Shown piece by piece: positions 1-14,070 of a stretch of DNA of 64,000 nt. The translations under genes were made by a program, and so were the position numbers. Where the stretch lies: the NCBI GenBank assembly GCA_964016885.1, contig OZ024743.1:294872001-294936000 (forward strand), read 5' to 3'. This stretch comes from Eledone cirrhosa (taxonomy: Eukaryota). Under the pieces are notes generated by a model that made no database searches, had not been told where the DNA came from, and saw only the letters and a list, made by a program, of their open reading frames with translations. Each line of letters begins with the position of its first letter. Within the stretch, counting starts at the first letter, position 1.

Positions 1-164
1 ATAGACGCACAGATTTATTTACGCTCTGCTTGCATAAATCCAATAGAACATACCATAAAGTATACAGCTAATATCTTAATACCTTATTAGTTTAAAATCC
101 TCTTTTCACAAAGGCTTATATATCTTTTAAAAATATACCCATCTTTCTACCTTACTTCAGTATT

Positions 165-348
165 GGATTGGCAGTATCGGTAGAGGGTCGGACGCCATGC
201 TTTCCAGCATAGTTACGTCCCTTTACAATCTGAGTTCAAATCCCGCCGAGGTTGACTTTGCCTTTCATCCTTACGGGGGTGGATAAAAATAAAGTACCAA
301 TAATGCACTGGGTAATTGCTGGCCTTGTGCCTAAAGTAGAAACAATTA
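165..348 (+). mobile_element. tRNA-derived SINE with Nin-like central domain, inserted in PLE family A
   Basis: A-box-like tggcagtatcgg, B-box gagttcaaatccc, central gccgaggttgactttgcctttcatcc...gataaaaataaagtacc; many copies in the window; absent from the 59290 paralogue. Confidence 0.85.
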
Positions 349-1229
349 TATATTATATAATATAAATTACTCATTATATGTCAATCTTCTTTATTATTTT
401 CCTTTCTTCCTTTTTTTCTTTTTTAATTTCTAATCTCTAATCTGTACTTTTTCTTCCCAACTACTTCTCAATTCATAATATTACTCACTAAAGCATTTTC
501 CATTCTTCCATCTTTCCTCATATTATTGGCCATTGAAACTATATTTTTTTAATACATTATAATATTACCATTAGAAGAATTCCGTAAACATATAAACGTT
601 TTTGACGTTAGATATTTCTTCCTTAAATTTTTCTTCTCTCTTCTCTCCTTCCCTGCTCGTTTTAAACCCATTACTAACTTTTACTTTTACATATTAAAAT
701 ACATAAAAACAAACTTAGACCCTAACTAATTCCTCTAAATTCATAACTCATTTATTCTTTCACTTCTTTTCACATTATATCCTTAATATCATTAATATTT
801 TTATCTTAATAATACATATGAATAGATTCTTTTCTTCGCACATATGATTAAACCCTTCAATATACAAACCTTAATTTAATACTATTCTTAATTCCTTTTT
901 CTTCATGCATCAACCTCATTAACTTTTAACTTCAAATTCTTTTAAATTATCTATTATCTTCCAACGGTTTTTTTAATTTCTCTCTGTGAGACAATATTTT
1001 CTCAGTTGTAAAGGCTATCTCTCTCTCTCTCTATCACCCATTTCTCCTGCTCTCTCATCCTTCTTTCTTCTACTCCTCCCCCACCATCCTTTACTCTTAT
1101 TTCTTCCTCTTCCTTACCCCCCCCCGCACTTTTTCCCAATCTCATACATCCATCTTAATTTATTTTTAATATATTGATTTAAAACGTCACTGCTCACAAG
1201 AGTTTTTTAAGCTTCATATCGTGTCTCCC

Positions 1230-1319
1230 TATTTTATCTGATAAGAGCGCAGATGATATCTGATGGTATTATCTGATTATCATGATGGTATTTGTTTTTG
1301 AAATGCGCATAATAAAATA
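1230..1319 (+). ncRNA. Type I hammerhead ribozyme, family A, degenerate (G8A)
   Basis: tattttat-CTGATAA-long stem II-GAAA-tgcgca-TA-ataaaata. Confidence 0.65.
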
Positions 1320-1347
1320 CTTGGAACTCTTTTAACCATCTTTTGAT

Positions 1348-1440
<93 letters not shown>

Positions 1441-1585
1441 ATAATAAATGTAATCTGAGTTTTTCGAATATTAATAACATTCGATTCGTTTGCAATTATG
1501 TAAACAAGGCTCAATTTTATAGCCATGTCATTAGAATGAACATTTCATACTTGCTCTTCTGTTGGCATGCGAGCAGCGAACAGAA

Positions 1586-1629
1586 CTGCAGACATTAATG
1601 TTTCCGAGTATCACCCTTCATCAGTACAG
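1586..1629 (-). ncRNA. Type I hammerhead ribozyme, canonical core, GUC cleavage site
   Basis: Minus strand: ctgta-CTGATGA-agggt gat actcg-GAAA-cattaatg-TC-tgcag; stem I extends by ttggca/tgccaa pairing between 1562 and 1648. Confidence 0.8.
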
Positions 1630-1864
1630 CTCACTGTTCACCTGCCAAACTGTCGGAGCTAGCTAAATATATGCTATTTTCAAAAATACATAGTAATTGA
1701 TCGGCCTGATTTGCATGTCAGCAGACTGCCTGATCAGTCAGATCTGCATAATAGCAGATCAACTGATCAGCCATATTTATGTATATATATACATATATAC
1801 ATATTTGATATATATTTATCCTTATCGAGCCCTCTTTGGATTTTAGTATTCAAATTTATTATAT

Positions 1865-1997
<133 letters not shown>

Positions 1998-2037
1998 GAT
2001 ATTAAATAAATGAAAACTATATTTATAAAACCATATT

Positions 2038-2100
2038 TATTTTATTATATATATTTCAAGTGTACCAAGTCACATTGATACGCTTTCATCAGATAAAATA
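2038..2100 (-). ncRNA. Type I hammerhead ribozyme at PLE 3' end, canonical core
   Basis: Minus strand: tattttat-CTGATGA-aagcgtatcaa tgtgac ttggtacactt-GAAA-tatata-TA-ataaaata. Confidence 0.88.
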
Positions 2101-2303
2101 CAAAGTTTGTTTTATAAATAGAGACATACCCATGAAAATAATACCTTATCGGTTAGAAATTCACTTGATAGTGGAAATATATTAGGGATTTTTCAAACTT
2201 ATGTGTGAATATGCAAACGAATATGTAAAAATTGAAAAACAAACATTTATTTAAACGACTATGGAGAGAGAGAAGAGATAGGAGGAGAGGATAAAATAGT
2301 GCT

Positions 2304-2382
<79 letters not shown>

Positions 2383-3181
2383 GAGAAGGTGAATAAATCT
2401 CATATAACGTTAATTTGAGGGAAATATATTCTAAGTATATATCATAATACTACGTGTATTTACTATTATTAGTTGTTTAAAATTTGTTTATAATATAATA
2501 TTTTTCTTCTGTTATACGTAGATAAATAAATAAATAAATACATAAGTAAATAAATACATAAATAAATAAATAAATACATAAGTAAATAAATATATAAATA
2601 AATAAATAAATATATGGGTATATCATGTGATAGATAATTGTTCTAATGTGTTATGAGGTCTATTTGTTTTTTATTTAATGTAAATAAATATTAAGTTAAA
2701 TTAATTTAAAATGGGAATATACGGAAAAAACTCCGGTTTAATTTATTTATTCGTTATTGTGAGACTTTAGTTAAAATAAGTATAGATGTTGAAAGATACA
2801 TTTAGCCCGAATTAGTTAGTGGTTATAAATCTATTGAAAAATATTGAAAAATATTGATACAGTATTGAGAAAATATTGAAAATGTATTGAAATAATATTG
2901 AAATATTTGAGAAATTAAACAAAAATAATAATTCATAGAAGATAAGTAATTTTAAAGAAATAAATATTAAAGAAATTAAAATAAAGAAATAAAAATTATT
3001 AAAATTAAAATTAAAATTAAAATTTAAAAAAAATTAGAATTATATACGTATATGTTTTATGAGATTTTAAGAAGTGGAAATATAGCAAATGTTTTGGATA
3101 TTATGATTTAGAGATATCAATATATTAAAACCAAGGGGATGAGATTGTTATGGAAATAAGTAGAAATATTATAAGTATAAT

Positions 3182-5417
3182 TTATAAGTTATATATAGTT
3201 CTGAATGTTGAATGCAGGCGATGTCTACAAGAATTAAATAAATTCGTTCTTAGATTAATAGAGTTTTTACATTTAAGTATGAAAAAAATTCCCTCAGTAC
3301 ACAATTTGCAGAATCTAGATAAAGCTGTGTTTCGGTACGCGGGTGCTTTTGAAATTATTTCTCAAGCTAATGAATAGTTCATATTCTTTCATTTTAAGTT
3401 CCATATCAGGTTTGAAACAGAAGTTGAAGATTTTTTATCAAATCTTCGGAAAGAGCATTTGTGATTATTCCAGCGACTTTTAAATTCAGTAGAAGTTGCA
3501 CCGACATAGTTAAATATATTATCACTAGTTTTAACTGTACACTTATAGACAACGTTTTTATATAAGCACCTATTTTGTAAAGGCCAGTTTGATTTAATTC
3601 TACAGTTACATTTGTTGTTGTTCGGAACGGTACTATTATGTTGGATGTTGCTAGAGATATTACTGATATTTTGGTTATTTTTGTTATGGTTTAAATTTCT
3701 ATTATTAATTCTATTTATATTTTGTGCTATGTTCATAGTAGTAGAGTAGGATAGTTTTATAGTGTGTCTGTTAAAGATTGAGTGGTATCTGTGGGCTTTA
3801 GGAAATCATTTATCTAGTGCTTTAAGGAATAGCTTTGCTAAAGGTGTTTTTACGCATAATGAGAATGAGGGTGAATACCAAATAATATTTCTAGTTCTAG
3901 TTCTTCTGTTAGTTTTAGAGTTTAAGTTAAATTTGTTATTATTATTACAATTAATAGTAGGGTTATTTGCCTTATTACTGTTGTCGATGTATTTAATCTT
4001 ATTTATATACCCTGCTCTATTTAAAGCTTCATTATAATATTCTGACTTATCGTCAAAAATCTTTTTATTAGCGGAGATGCGTGAAATCCGTTGTTGGATA
4101 GAATTGACGATAGTGTACTTGATAGATCTTGGATGATTAGAGTTAAAACTTGCATAGTGTAGATTCTCATTAATTTTATGGAATGGATAGTAGAGCCCTG
4201 TCTTAAGGTTTAATGTTACGTCTGAAAAGTTAACAATTTTATAGTTATTCTCTATTTCTAACTTAAGGTTGTAGCTATTGAAGAATTGTATTATGGATTT
4301 TCTTTTCTTATTAATTTCACAATTACTATGATTTTCAATTAAAAGCAGCATATCATCACGACATAAACCACCGGTCATCTCTGGTATTTTTCTATGCAGT
4401 GTATTATTAATAAATAGCCCCACAAGATCCGTTATTTGTGCCGAGTCAGATGATCCCATGGTGATATCAACATTATTTTTTCTATCGGCTCTTGTCCAGA
4501 GATGATTGTTGAATTCAATTAAAGTTTTCTCTGCAGTTAAAATAATATGCATTTCTTCGCTAGATAAATATGTATGTTTAGATGCACAGAGAAGAGCTTT
4601 ATTAAGAAAACTAGGAGTAATAGAGGAGTAGTAGTTTGCAATATCCATTTGTATGAATTTTTTGTTATGTTTAAATTTTATATTATTGAACCAATCTATA
4701 ACCTCGTTAGTACCGTTCCATAGTTTTAGGTCAGATAATTTTTTAAGTTGAGGTATGATTCTATCTAATATAATGTTTACTAACCATGCCTAAGTCTGAT
4801 TTAGATGGGGCTATAAGTCTGACTGGTAGTTCTATTTCAAAGTTTCTTTTCTGGTCTATCAGGTTAATTTTCGGTCTTCTAGGTATAAAGGGTTCGGTCC
4901 TATTTTCGATGCCTAATTTATGAATTATTTCAGAAGCTTCTCTATTTAAAATTTCAAGATCTTCATTAGTTGTTATTTTGTAGTTTTTCCTTAGTTCTTT
5001 CAATATAAGGTTATTGTATTCGTCCTTTTGCATTCCGTATAGATTGTTAGTTTTGTCAGATTTTACGAGGATCTTCTCAGTTTTTTCAAAATTGTCTATA
5101 TTATTCTTGAGGCCTTTAAGGTATTCCTGGCCTGCAAATTGGTTTTTCTTGAATTTGATGTTTTGTATGATCGATATTATTTCATTTTCAAGTTACATTA
5201 ATAGTTTGTTGTTGGGTGGAGTTTTCTTGGATTTGAAGATCATATCTAAGTTGTAACTGGGTTTATTTGTTTTTTCATCTGATTTTCTATCGAAATGGAA
5301 GGAACGCCCTCTAAGTCTTCGTATAAAGGAGTCAGATTTATCAATGAGTTGTTTAAGATATTCCTTATTCTTAGGTAAAGGTACATATTTTAGAGAAGAA
5401 ATCCTAAAGTATTCCAT
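3182..5417 (-). pseudogene. PLE reverse transcriptase + GIY-YIG endonuclease, frameshifted
   Basis: SLKYVPLP..YLKQLIDKSDSFIRRLR; DIANYYSSI; TMGSSDSAQITDLVGLF; GGLCRDD (YRDD mutated); IIWYSPSF; CNC..NVVYKC..YVGATSTEFKSRWNNH; CKLC..E. Several frameshifts and two in-frame TGA codons. Confidence 0.92.
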
Positions 5418-5649
5418 TATTTAGCAATCAGTTATAATTTAAAGTGCTCAACATTAAAGGGCTATTTATAAGTAGAAGGGGTATTTAATTTGTTGGAAGT
5501 CCAACAAATATAAATCTTTATAACTGTCTTTACAAAACGTAGAGCGAATGTTAATAGCATTTCTTTTTAACGAATATGTAGAAATATGTAGAATTTCTCC
5601 CAATTTATCTTTGTTTTCTTCAGCCGCAGATGTCTTCTGTACGATTGTG

Positions 5650-5651
5650 CA

Positions 5652-5685
<34 letters not shown>

Positions 5686-6012
5686 CATGGTGGCTGCCAA
5701 CTCGTTTTCGAGTACGGCCACTACTTTATATCCATGTTGGAGAATTCCTACCGATGCGCTGAACGAGTGTGACTTTTTAGTCCAGCCAGCGACTTGAAAA
5801 CTCTGGTACAAACACTACACTTGTGACAATTATTGTCACATAGTGCTGGGCCCATGGTACCATGTGACAACAAGTGCAGAAAGATATCCAGATATAAAGC
5901 AATGCCTGTGCCGTGAAGCTTTTATAGTGATCAAAGGCACTGCACAAAGCCAGTCCCACTCTCTTAACCAAGATGATATTTACCAAAAAGAAGAACAAGT
6001 CAACATCATTGG
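5650..6012 (-). mobile_element. Internally deleted (bipartite) RTE derivative
   Basis: 5748-5826 minus reads HKCSVCTRVFKSLAGLKSHTRSAHR*, followed by an RTE-like 3' end and (TATG)n; 5880-6012 resembles 10180-10297 upstream of the large RTE ORF. Confidence 0.7.
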
Positions 6013-6215
6013 ATACATACATACATACATACATGATGGCTGCCCCCTCGTTATCGAGTATGGCCATTGCACAATAAAAAAATAAATAAAATAAAATAAA
6101 AAAATAAAAAAAATAAAAAAATAAAAATAATTAAAAAAAAATAAAAAATAAAATAATAATAATAATAATAATAAATAAATTAAAAATAAAAAAAAATAAA
6201 AGAAAAGAAAAAAAG

Positions 6216-6288
<73 letters not shown>

Positions 6289-6439
6289 CATACACATACA
6301 CTCACACATATATACACACATACATTAATAAAAATAATAATAATAATAATAATAATAATAGCAATAATAATAATAACGACAACAACAATAATAATATACA
6401 TATTCATATATATATACACACACACGCACGCACATAAGC

Positions 6440-6519
<80 letters not shown>

Positions 6520-9500
6520 TAGCAACTAACAGTGCTGCGATCGAATGTGGCTTTTTAGCCCAGCCAATGATCTAAAATGTCTTGCACAGAGTCGGCAACC
6601 AAAACATTCACTGGGAATAGTCGGCTGTGGTTGGAGTTCGTGTACTCTTGCATGTCGCTTGAGCCCTCCTGCTGATTTACATTCTCTACCACATGTTTGG
6701 CAAGCATGATGAGTAGCATCTCCAACAGCAGCCTGGTAGTCAACCACTGGTCTTACTTTATGACTGCGAAGATGACTTTCGAGTCCTGCTTTGCTTAGGC
6801 AGAGTCTCGCACAGACGCTGCATGTCAGAACCATAGGAGGACCCTCGCCGTCTGGAAGTGCAACAGCAATGCCCTTCCTCACGTCCCGCTTTACTTTCTC
6901 GTGTGCGATTCGAGATGCCTCAAAGGCAACTTTTCCCTCATATACAGTCTTTCTCCATTTATTACGATCAGCAGCAATATTTTCCCATGTATCAGCAGAG
7001 ATGTTAGCGTCTTTCAGAGAGGCTTTCAAGGAATCCTTATACCTCTTTTTTGGTTTATGTGGCGGTCGTTTTCCTTTAACCAACTCTCCATAGAAGAGTT
7101 GTTTTGGTATTCTAGAATGCTTCATCCTGGCAAGGTGACCACTCCAACGGAGTCGTTGCTTAAGCACAAGAGCTTCTATACTGTCACACATAGAGCTCTC
7201 CAAAATCTCGACATCACTGATGTGGTCCCTCCAGTGAACGCCGTGGATCCGTCTGAGACACATCTGATGGAAACGCTCCAATTGCTTAAGGTGACGTCGA
7301 TATGTGACCCAGGTCTCGCAGGCATAAAGAAGACAAGAGAGTACACATGCCCTGTACACCTTTACCTTTGTCCTCCTGCATATGTCTCGCCGACCCCAGA
7401 GTCGCCTTTCTAGCTTTCCGAAAGCATCACTTGCTTTCCTAATCCTAAGTGAGATTTCACTGTCAAGGTTGCCGTATCGATTGACAGTGCTTCCCAGGTA
7501 GACAAACTGATCAACCACTGCAAGTCGTTTGCCATACACATAGATGTTTGGTTCAGTGTACTGCTTACTAGGGGCAGGTTGGTACATGACGACGGTTTTC
7601 TTGAGACTGACAGTCAAACCCAGGGCAGTGCAAGCGTCAGAAAATACATTCAAAATGTGCTGCATATCACTCTCTGTGTGCGCTACAAGATCGCAATCAT
7701 CTGCATACAAGAGGTCTCTTATGACTGATGTAAATACTTTTGTCTTCGCAGCAAAGCGCCTGATGTTAAATATGCTGCCTGAGGTTCGATATCGGATGTA
7801 AACACCATGCTCGCAATTCCTGAATGCAATACAGAAAACTATTGCAAAGTATATGGCAAACAGGGTCGGTGCTGGAATATCCCCCTGTTTAACTCCATTT
7901 TTTACTGAGATAGGCTCCGACATGTTACCTCCGACATTAACCCAAGCCTTCATGTCGTCATGGAAAGACCTAACTAAAGCAAGGAACTTATCAGGGCAAC
8001 CAAGTTTCTGGAGAACCTTCCATAATGCATCTCTGTTGACAGTATCGAAAGCCTTTGTCAGATCGACAAAAACCTGATACAGATCCAAGCCCTGTTCAAT
8101 GCACTTCTCCTGGAGCTGTCTAGCTGAGAAGATCATATCAATAGTGCCGCGTCCAGCACGAAAACCAGATTGACTTTCAGGAAGGACACAATCTGCAATG
8201 TGTGTCAGCAGACGGTCCAGAAGCACCCTACATAGAACTTTCCCTACGACAGAAAGCAATGATATACCTCTGTAGTTCCCACAATCATTCCTGTTACCCT
8301 TTACCTTGTACAAGACCACCATTACTGCATCTCTCCAGTCCTCAGGCACGGATTCATTAGCCCATATCCTTCCAAACAGAGAGTGAAGATGTTGCAGGAG
8401 TCTCTCACCACCATATTGTAGGAGCTCAGCATGTATGCCATCCATACCTGGAGATCTTCCACTGTTCAGCTTCGAAATAGCCACTGCAACCTCCACAAGC
8501 GTCGGAAGTTCTGCGAGAGCTACTTTCACAGGACTTTCCGGAATGAGATTGAGGAGATCTTCACTGACGACAGACGGCTGATTCAAAAGATCATCAAAGT
8601 GCTCTCGCCACCTTCGTAGAATTCCCTGTGAGTCACGAAGAAGTTCTTTGCCATTCTTGCTGCGAATCGGTGTCACCAGAGAAGAAGACGGTCCATAAAC
8701 CTCACGCAAGAGACTGTACAACAGCTTTGTGTTATTGCAATCAGACGCAGTTTGTATCTCACCAGCCTTCTCACTCCACCACTGATCCTTCATCTGAGAA
8801 AGCCTCACCTAACACGTGATTTTACATCCCCGAGCTCCTCATGCAACGTATTCCTCTCCTGTGGTTTTGCCGTCAAGTAGCGTGACAGAGCACGCCTCTT
8901 ATCAGCCAACAAGTCTTCTATATGTACATCATTCTCATTAAACCAGTCCTGATGTTTTCTCTGCACCAATCCCAGAACACGTCTGCCTACATCATAAACC
9001 GACTTTTTAAGGGTCGGCCAATCCTCACCAAGATCTGCAGCCTGCATCTCTTCTTCCAATGTCCTCTTCACATTTTTATCCTTAAGACGAGCAGCATTCA
9101 ATTTTTTGGGCAGGGTAACACCAGGAGCCCGGATTTTACGTTTGGTGATTAGATGCACTTTTGCGCGTACCAGGCGGTGGTCCGTCCAGCACTCAGCTCC
9201 ACGAAGAACACGTACACACTGCACATCCTGTCTGTCACGCATCCTGACTAGGACGTAGTCCAAAAGATGCCATTCCTTAGATGCAGGATGCATCCATGTG
9301 GTCTTGAATTTGTTCTTTTGTTGGAACATGTTGTTGGTAACACAGATCCAGCTCCTCACACACCTGCAGCAAGAGCATACCATTGCTGTTACACTTTCCC
9401 ACCCCATGCCTTCCGATTACATTCCATGTGTTAAAATCCCTACCCACTCTAGCATTAAAGTCACCAAGCACGATGACTTTGTCTGCCTGAGGGATATTTC

Positions 9501-10109
9501 TTAGCACACCTTTCAAGGCATGGTAAAAGGACAGTTTTTCTTCATCGACAGAATTCATAGTTGGAGCATACACACTCACCAGGGTAGCATATCTTCCCTT
9601 GTCCAGCGGAACTCTCATGGACATAAGACGCTCACTAATCCCTACTGGGAATTCTTCTAAGTTATTCACCAGTACAGTCTTAACAGCAAATCCTACCCCA
9701 GCATCTCTTCTGGTTCCTTCATCTCTTCCTTTCCAGAAGAATGTATATTCTCCACAAAATTCCGTAAGAGGACCATCTCCAGCTAACCTCGTCTCAGATA
9801 AAGCCACGATGTCAAGATCGTAACGTCGAAGCTCCTTTGCAACAAGAGCGGTCCTTCGTTCAGGACGCTCCAAAGAATCCCTATCAAGCAGTGTCCGTAC
9901 GTTCCAGCAGCCAAGACTAAATGCCCTGTTTGGCTCTATTACAATGGCACGATGACGGGCGGGCCCAGGTTGTGATAACTTGGGGCCCCTGCCCTTATTG
10001 CCAATGATCTTTTTTGTTCCAGAACCCAAATTGGCAATTATCTCGTTTACATTGTTCTGGAACATCATTGAATTGGGAAAAAAAAAAAAAAAAAAAAAAA
10101 GTAATAATA

Positions 10110-10148
<39 letters not shown>

Positions 10149-10445
10149 GTACACTATTAATAATTATTAATGCACTCGTGCAATGCCTGTGCGTGACGAA
10201 TATTTTTAAAGTGAGGAAAGACTGTGCACTGAGCCAATCCCACTCTCTGAGCGACAGTAGCTATAACTCGAAAATAAGAAAAGATCAACATCATCGGTAA
10301 CTACTGAGCCGCAGGTTTTATATCGGAGTTAACCCAGTTTCCTTAGATGCCTTCTCCTAGAAGAATACCCTGACAAGGGCTAGGGGTTCTTCACTCCCAG
10401 TGGTTTAACTGCTCGATCGGGCATCCAGCCCGATTATTTCTATGT
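6013..10445 (-). mobile_element. RTE-clade LINE, nearly full length
   Basis: APE + RT ORF; RTE-like 5' UTR motif ctaggagaagg...taaaacc at 10315-10360 (minus); probable 3' end ggccatactcgataacgaggggg...(TATG)n at 6013-6070; outer boundaries uncertain. Confidence 0.85.
6526..10068 (-). pseudogene. RTE polyprotein: AP endonuclease, reverse transcriptase, three C2H2 zinc fingers; two frameshifts
   Basis: GCWNVRTL, ALSETR, SVYAPT, LGDFNARVG, HLLDYV, TDH; NYRGISLLS, QSGFR, FVDLTKAFD, GVKQG, LLYADD, YLGS. Frame changes at about 9340 and 8806; no internal stops otherwise. Confidence 0.95.
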
Positions 10446-11427
10446 CCCCGCGCAAAAAAAAAATCAAAAAAAATCACTTATTGACACTTATACGTACGAC
10501 ATACACACACACGCATACATATGCGCGCACACAGCAACACTCATACATACAACAAACACACACACACGCTACTCTACTCACTTACACGCACACACACACA
10601 TATATATATATATATATTACCGTCATTACTGATACAAGATTACAAGATTATGTCAACTGTTGACTTTCAAGAGTTTGTATAGTTGAAGCCGATCGTATTA
10701 CAGTCCAGTATTACTATAATTGCTTTACAGCATAGAGTTATGGCACTCCAAGGAGTCAACAAAAGAGAGTACCAGTGATGCGCTGGGCCAGACGCTGGAT
10801 CCGTGCCAAAAGCAGAAAAATTATTATTAAAGTTGTTCTTAAGGCCAGGTCGCAGGTGATGGTGATGGCGGCGGCGGTGGCGGTGCTGGTGGTGGTGGAA
10901 GTTGATGTTGTTGTTGTGTTGTGTGTGTGTGTGTGTGTGTGTTTTGTTATTTTGAGTTTTTCTTTTCCTTTCTTTTTTTTTTCCCTTCCCCTTTTCTTTT
11001 TCTTTTCCCTTCCTTTTTTTATGTTTTGATGCCGCTGTTGTTGTTGTTGTTGTAATTGTTGTAAATGTTCATTTCAGTTCATTCTGAAGCTGTTGTTGCT
11101 GTAAACATTAGTGCCGGTGTTGTTGTTGTTGTAGATCTTGGGGTTGAAATCTGGTTGTTTGACTGAGTGATGTATATACACACATATACATACACACACA
11201 TATATAAATATACATTCAACAGAGAGTAGAGAGTTTGACAACAGGTTGATGACTTTAGTCTCGATAGGGTATGGTATGGTAATGACATGTGATGGTGGGG
11301 AGAGGGTGTAGACGTTATTGTGGTGGTGGGGACAGTGAGATGTATCTAGTTCATTTGACCGTTTTCTTCTCTTAGCAAAATTTGAATTCTTGCCATGTTA
11401 TATTGAGATGTAAGTAAATGTAAAATA

Positions 11428-11510
11428 TACATACATACATACATACATACATACATACATACATACATACATACATACATACATACATACATACATACAT
11501 ACATACATAC
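11428..11510. repeat. (CATA)n microsatellite
   Basis: Direct tandem repeat. Confidence 0.95.
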
Positions 11511-11929
11511 AAATACGAATACTAGATAGAAAACTCAATATGCTAAAGACACTAACATAACAAAAGTAAAAATTAAAATCACGAAAAAGAGAAAATACCG
11601 ATTCAATAGAAAATAGAAAAAGCTAAAAATGATATTACAAAAAGAAACAGAGGACGATAGGAAATTGCAAAGAATTAGTTAAGAAGACATTCATTGTTTC
11701 AACATCTTTTGAAGATTATCTATCATATTGCAAATAAAGTTAAATGATGAGTTTGAAAACTAAATCATGTCTACAACGTTTAAACAACTGGCGCAGCACA
11801 TACATCGTTTCTATATATATATTATATACACACACACAGACTCACACACACACATACACACCTCACACGCGCACACAAACACACACATATATGTTTATAT
11901 ATATACAAATACATACACCACCCCACACA

Positions 11930-12835
<906 letters not shown>

Positions 12836-13107
12836 TCTTTATGTATTTATGTTTTTTAGTATTTATCGTATGTATATGTTTGTGCATATGTCTTAAAGTA
12901 ATTGCCTTGATCAAATTCAAAGTTTTTATCTCATCATGTTTCTGCCAACCAAGAATACTGTCTCTAATCTTGAGCGAAATAAAAATTCAAGTTTCTCGTA
13001 AATGAGTGAAAAAAGTTCTGATGAGATTATATATTACAGCAATACAACATTTTAGGATCTATCTTGGAAATGGTGTTTATCCTACGCCGAGTATATTATG
13101 TCGGCCC

Positions 13108-14070
13108 ATTACTGACAAAGGAACGATGAACTAGTGTCTAGCTTATTATCTGTCATCAGCACAGTATACCTTCCTGTCAGTTGATTGAACATTTGAAAGT
13201 ATATACTTTCCTTACGCATATTAACGGCTGAGCAGCCTAATTTGCATATCGAGTGAGTTAGTCGGTCGGAGGTACTGAAAACGATAAATAGGAAAAATGA
13301 AATCTCATTTCTCATTCTTAGTACGGCTGATACTTAGATATAAGTATGGAAACGTACATACATATATGTATACAGATGTACAGTAGTATGTATATATATA
13401 TACATACATGCACACATATATATGTACGTATGGGTTTATGTTCCTTTGTCAGTGTTGAACAAAATGTCTCCGATGGTTGCCGAAAACTGTACGGCTAATA
13501 ATTCGGGCTGTTTGTTTACAAACAAACCGAGCATTATAATACATGTTCAGTAAACCCATACGTACATATATATATATGTGTGAATGTATGTATATACATA
13601 CTACTGTACATCTGTATACATATATATATGTACATATACATGCTTATATTTAAGTATCAGCCGTACTAAGTGTGAGAAATGAAATTTCATTTTTCCCATA
13701 TATCGTTTTCGGTACGACCGGCCGACTAACTCACTCGATATGCAAATTAGGCTGCTCAGCCGTTAATATGCATCAGGAAAGTATATACTTCCAAACGTTC
13801 AATCAACTGATAGGAAGGTATACGGTGCTGATGACAGCTAATAGGCTAGAAACTAGTTCATCGTTCCTTCGTCAGTGTTGTACAAAATGACAACGATGGT
13901 TGCCGAGCAACACTGTACGGGTAATAATTCAGGATGTTTGTTTACAAACAAACCAAGCATTATAATAAATGTTCGGTAAACCCATACGTACATATATACA
14001 TGTGTGCATATATGTATGTATATACATACTTCTGTACGTCTGTATACATATATGTATGTACGTATACATA

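Larger units (their letters stand above)
1..1350 (+). mobile_element. PLE family A 3' remnant: last codons of GIY-YIG, long AT-rich 3' UTR/pLTR, terminal HHR
   Basis: Bases 3-70 read RRTDLFTLCLHKSNRTYHKVYS*, homologous to the end of ORF 58994..59209; colinear with 59140-60330; ends at (TA)n. Confidence 0.8.
2000..5645 (-). mobile_element. Near full-length decayed Naiad-type Penelope-like element
   Basis: Contiguous N-terminus, RT and GIY-YIG fragments, about 1.1 kb 3' UTR, HHR at 2038-2100, then (TA)n. Confidence 0.9.

Noticed and set aside
165-250. tRNA genes
   Set aside because: A/B boxes are SINE heads; no complete cloverleaf
3340-3395. Two in-frame TGA codons in the GIY-YIG as selenocysteine (some Naiad PLEs encode selenoproteins)
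   Set aside because: They fall at a conserved Trp (TGG>TGA) and a variable non-Cys position in a frameshifted copy, and no SECIS was recognised; the TGA at about 54475 likewise replaces a conserved Arg
6791-9823. Plus-strand ORFs over the RTE
   Set aside because: Antisense shadows of the RTE coding frame
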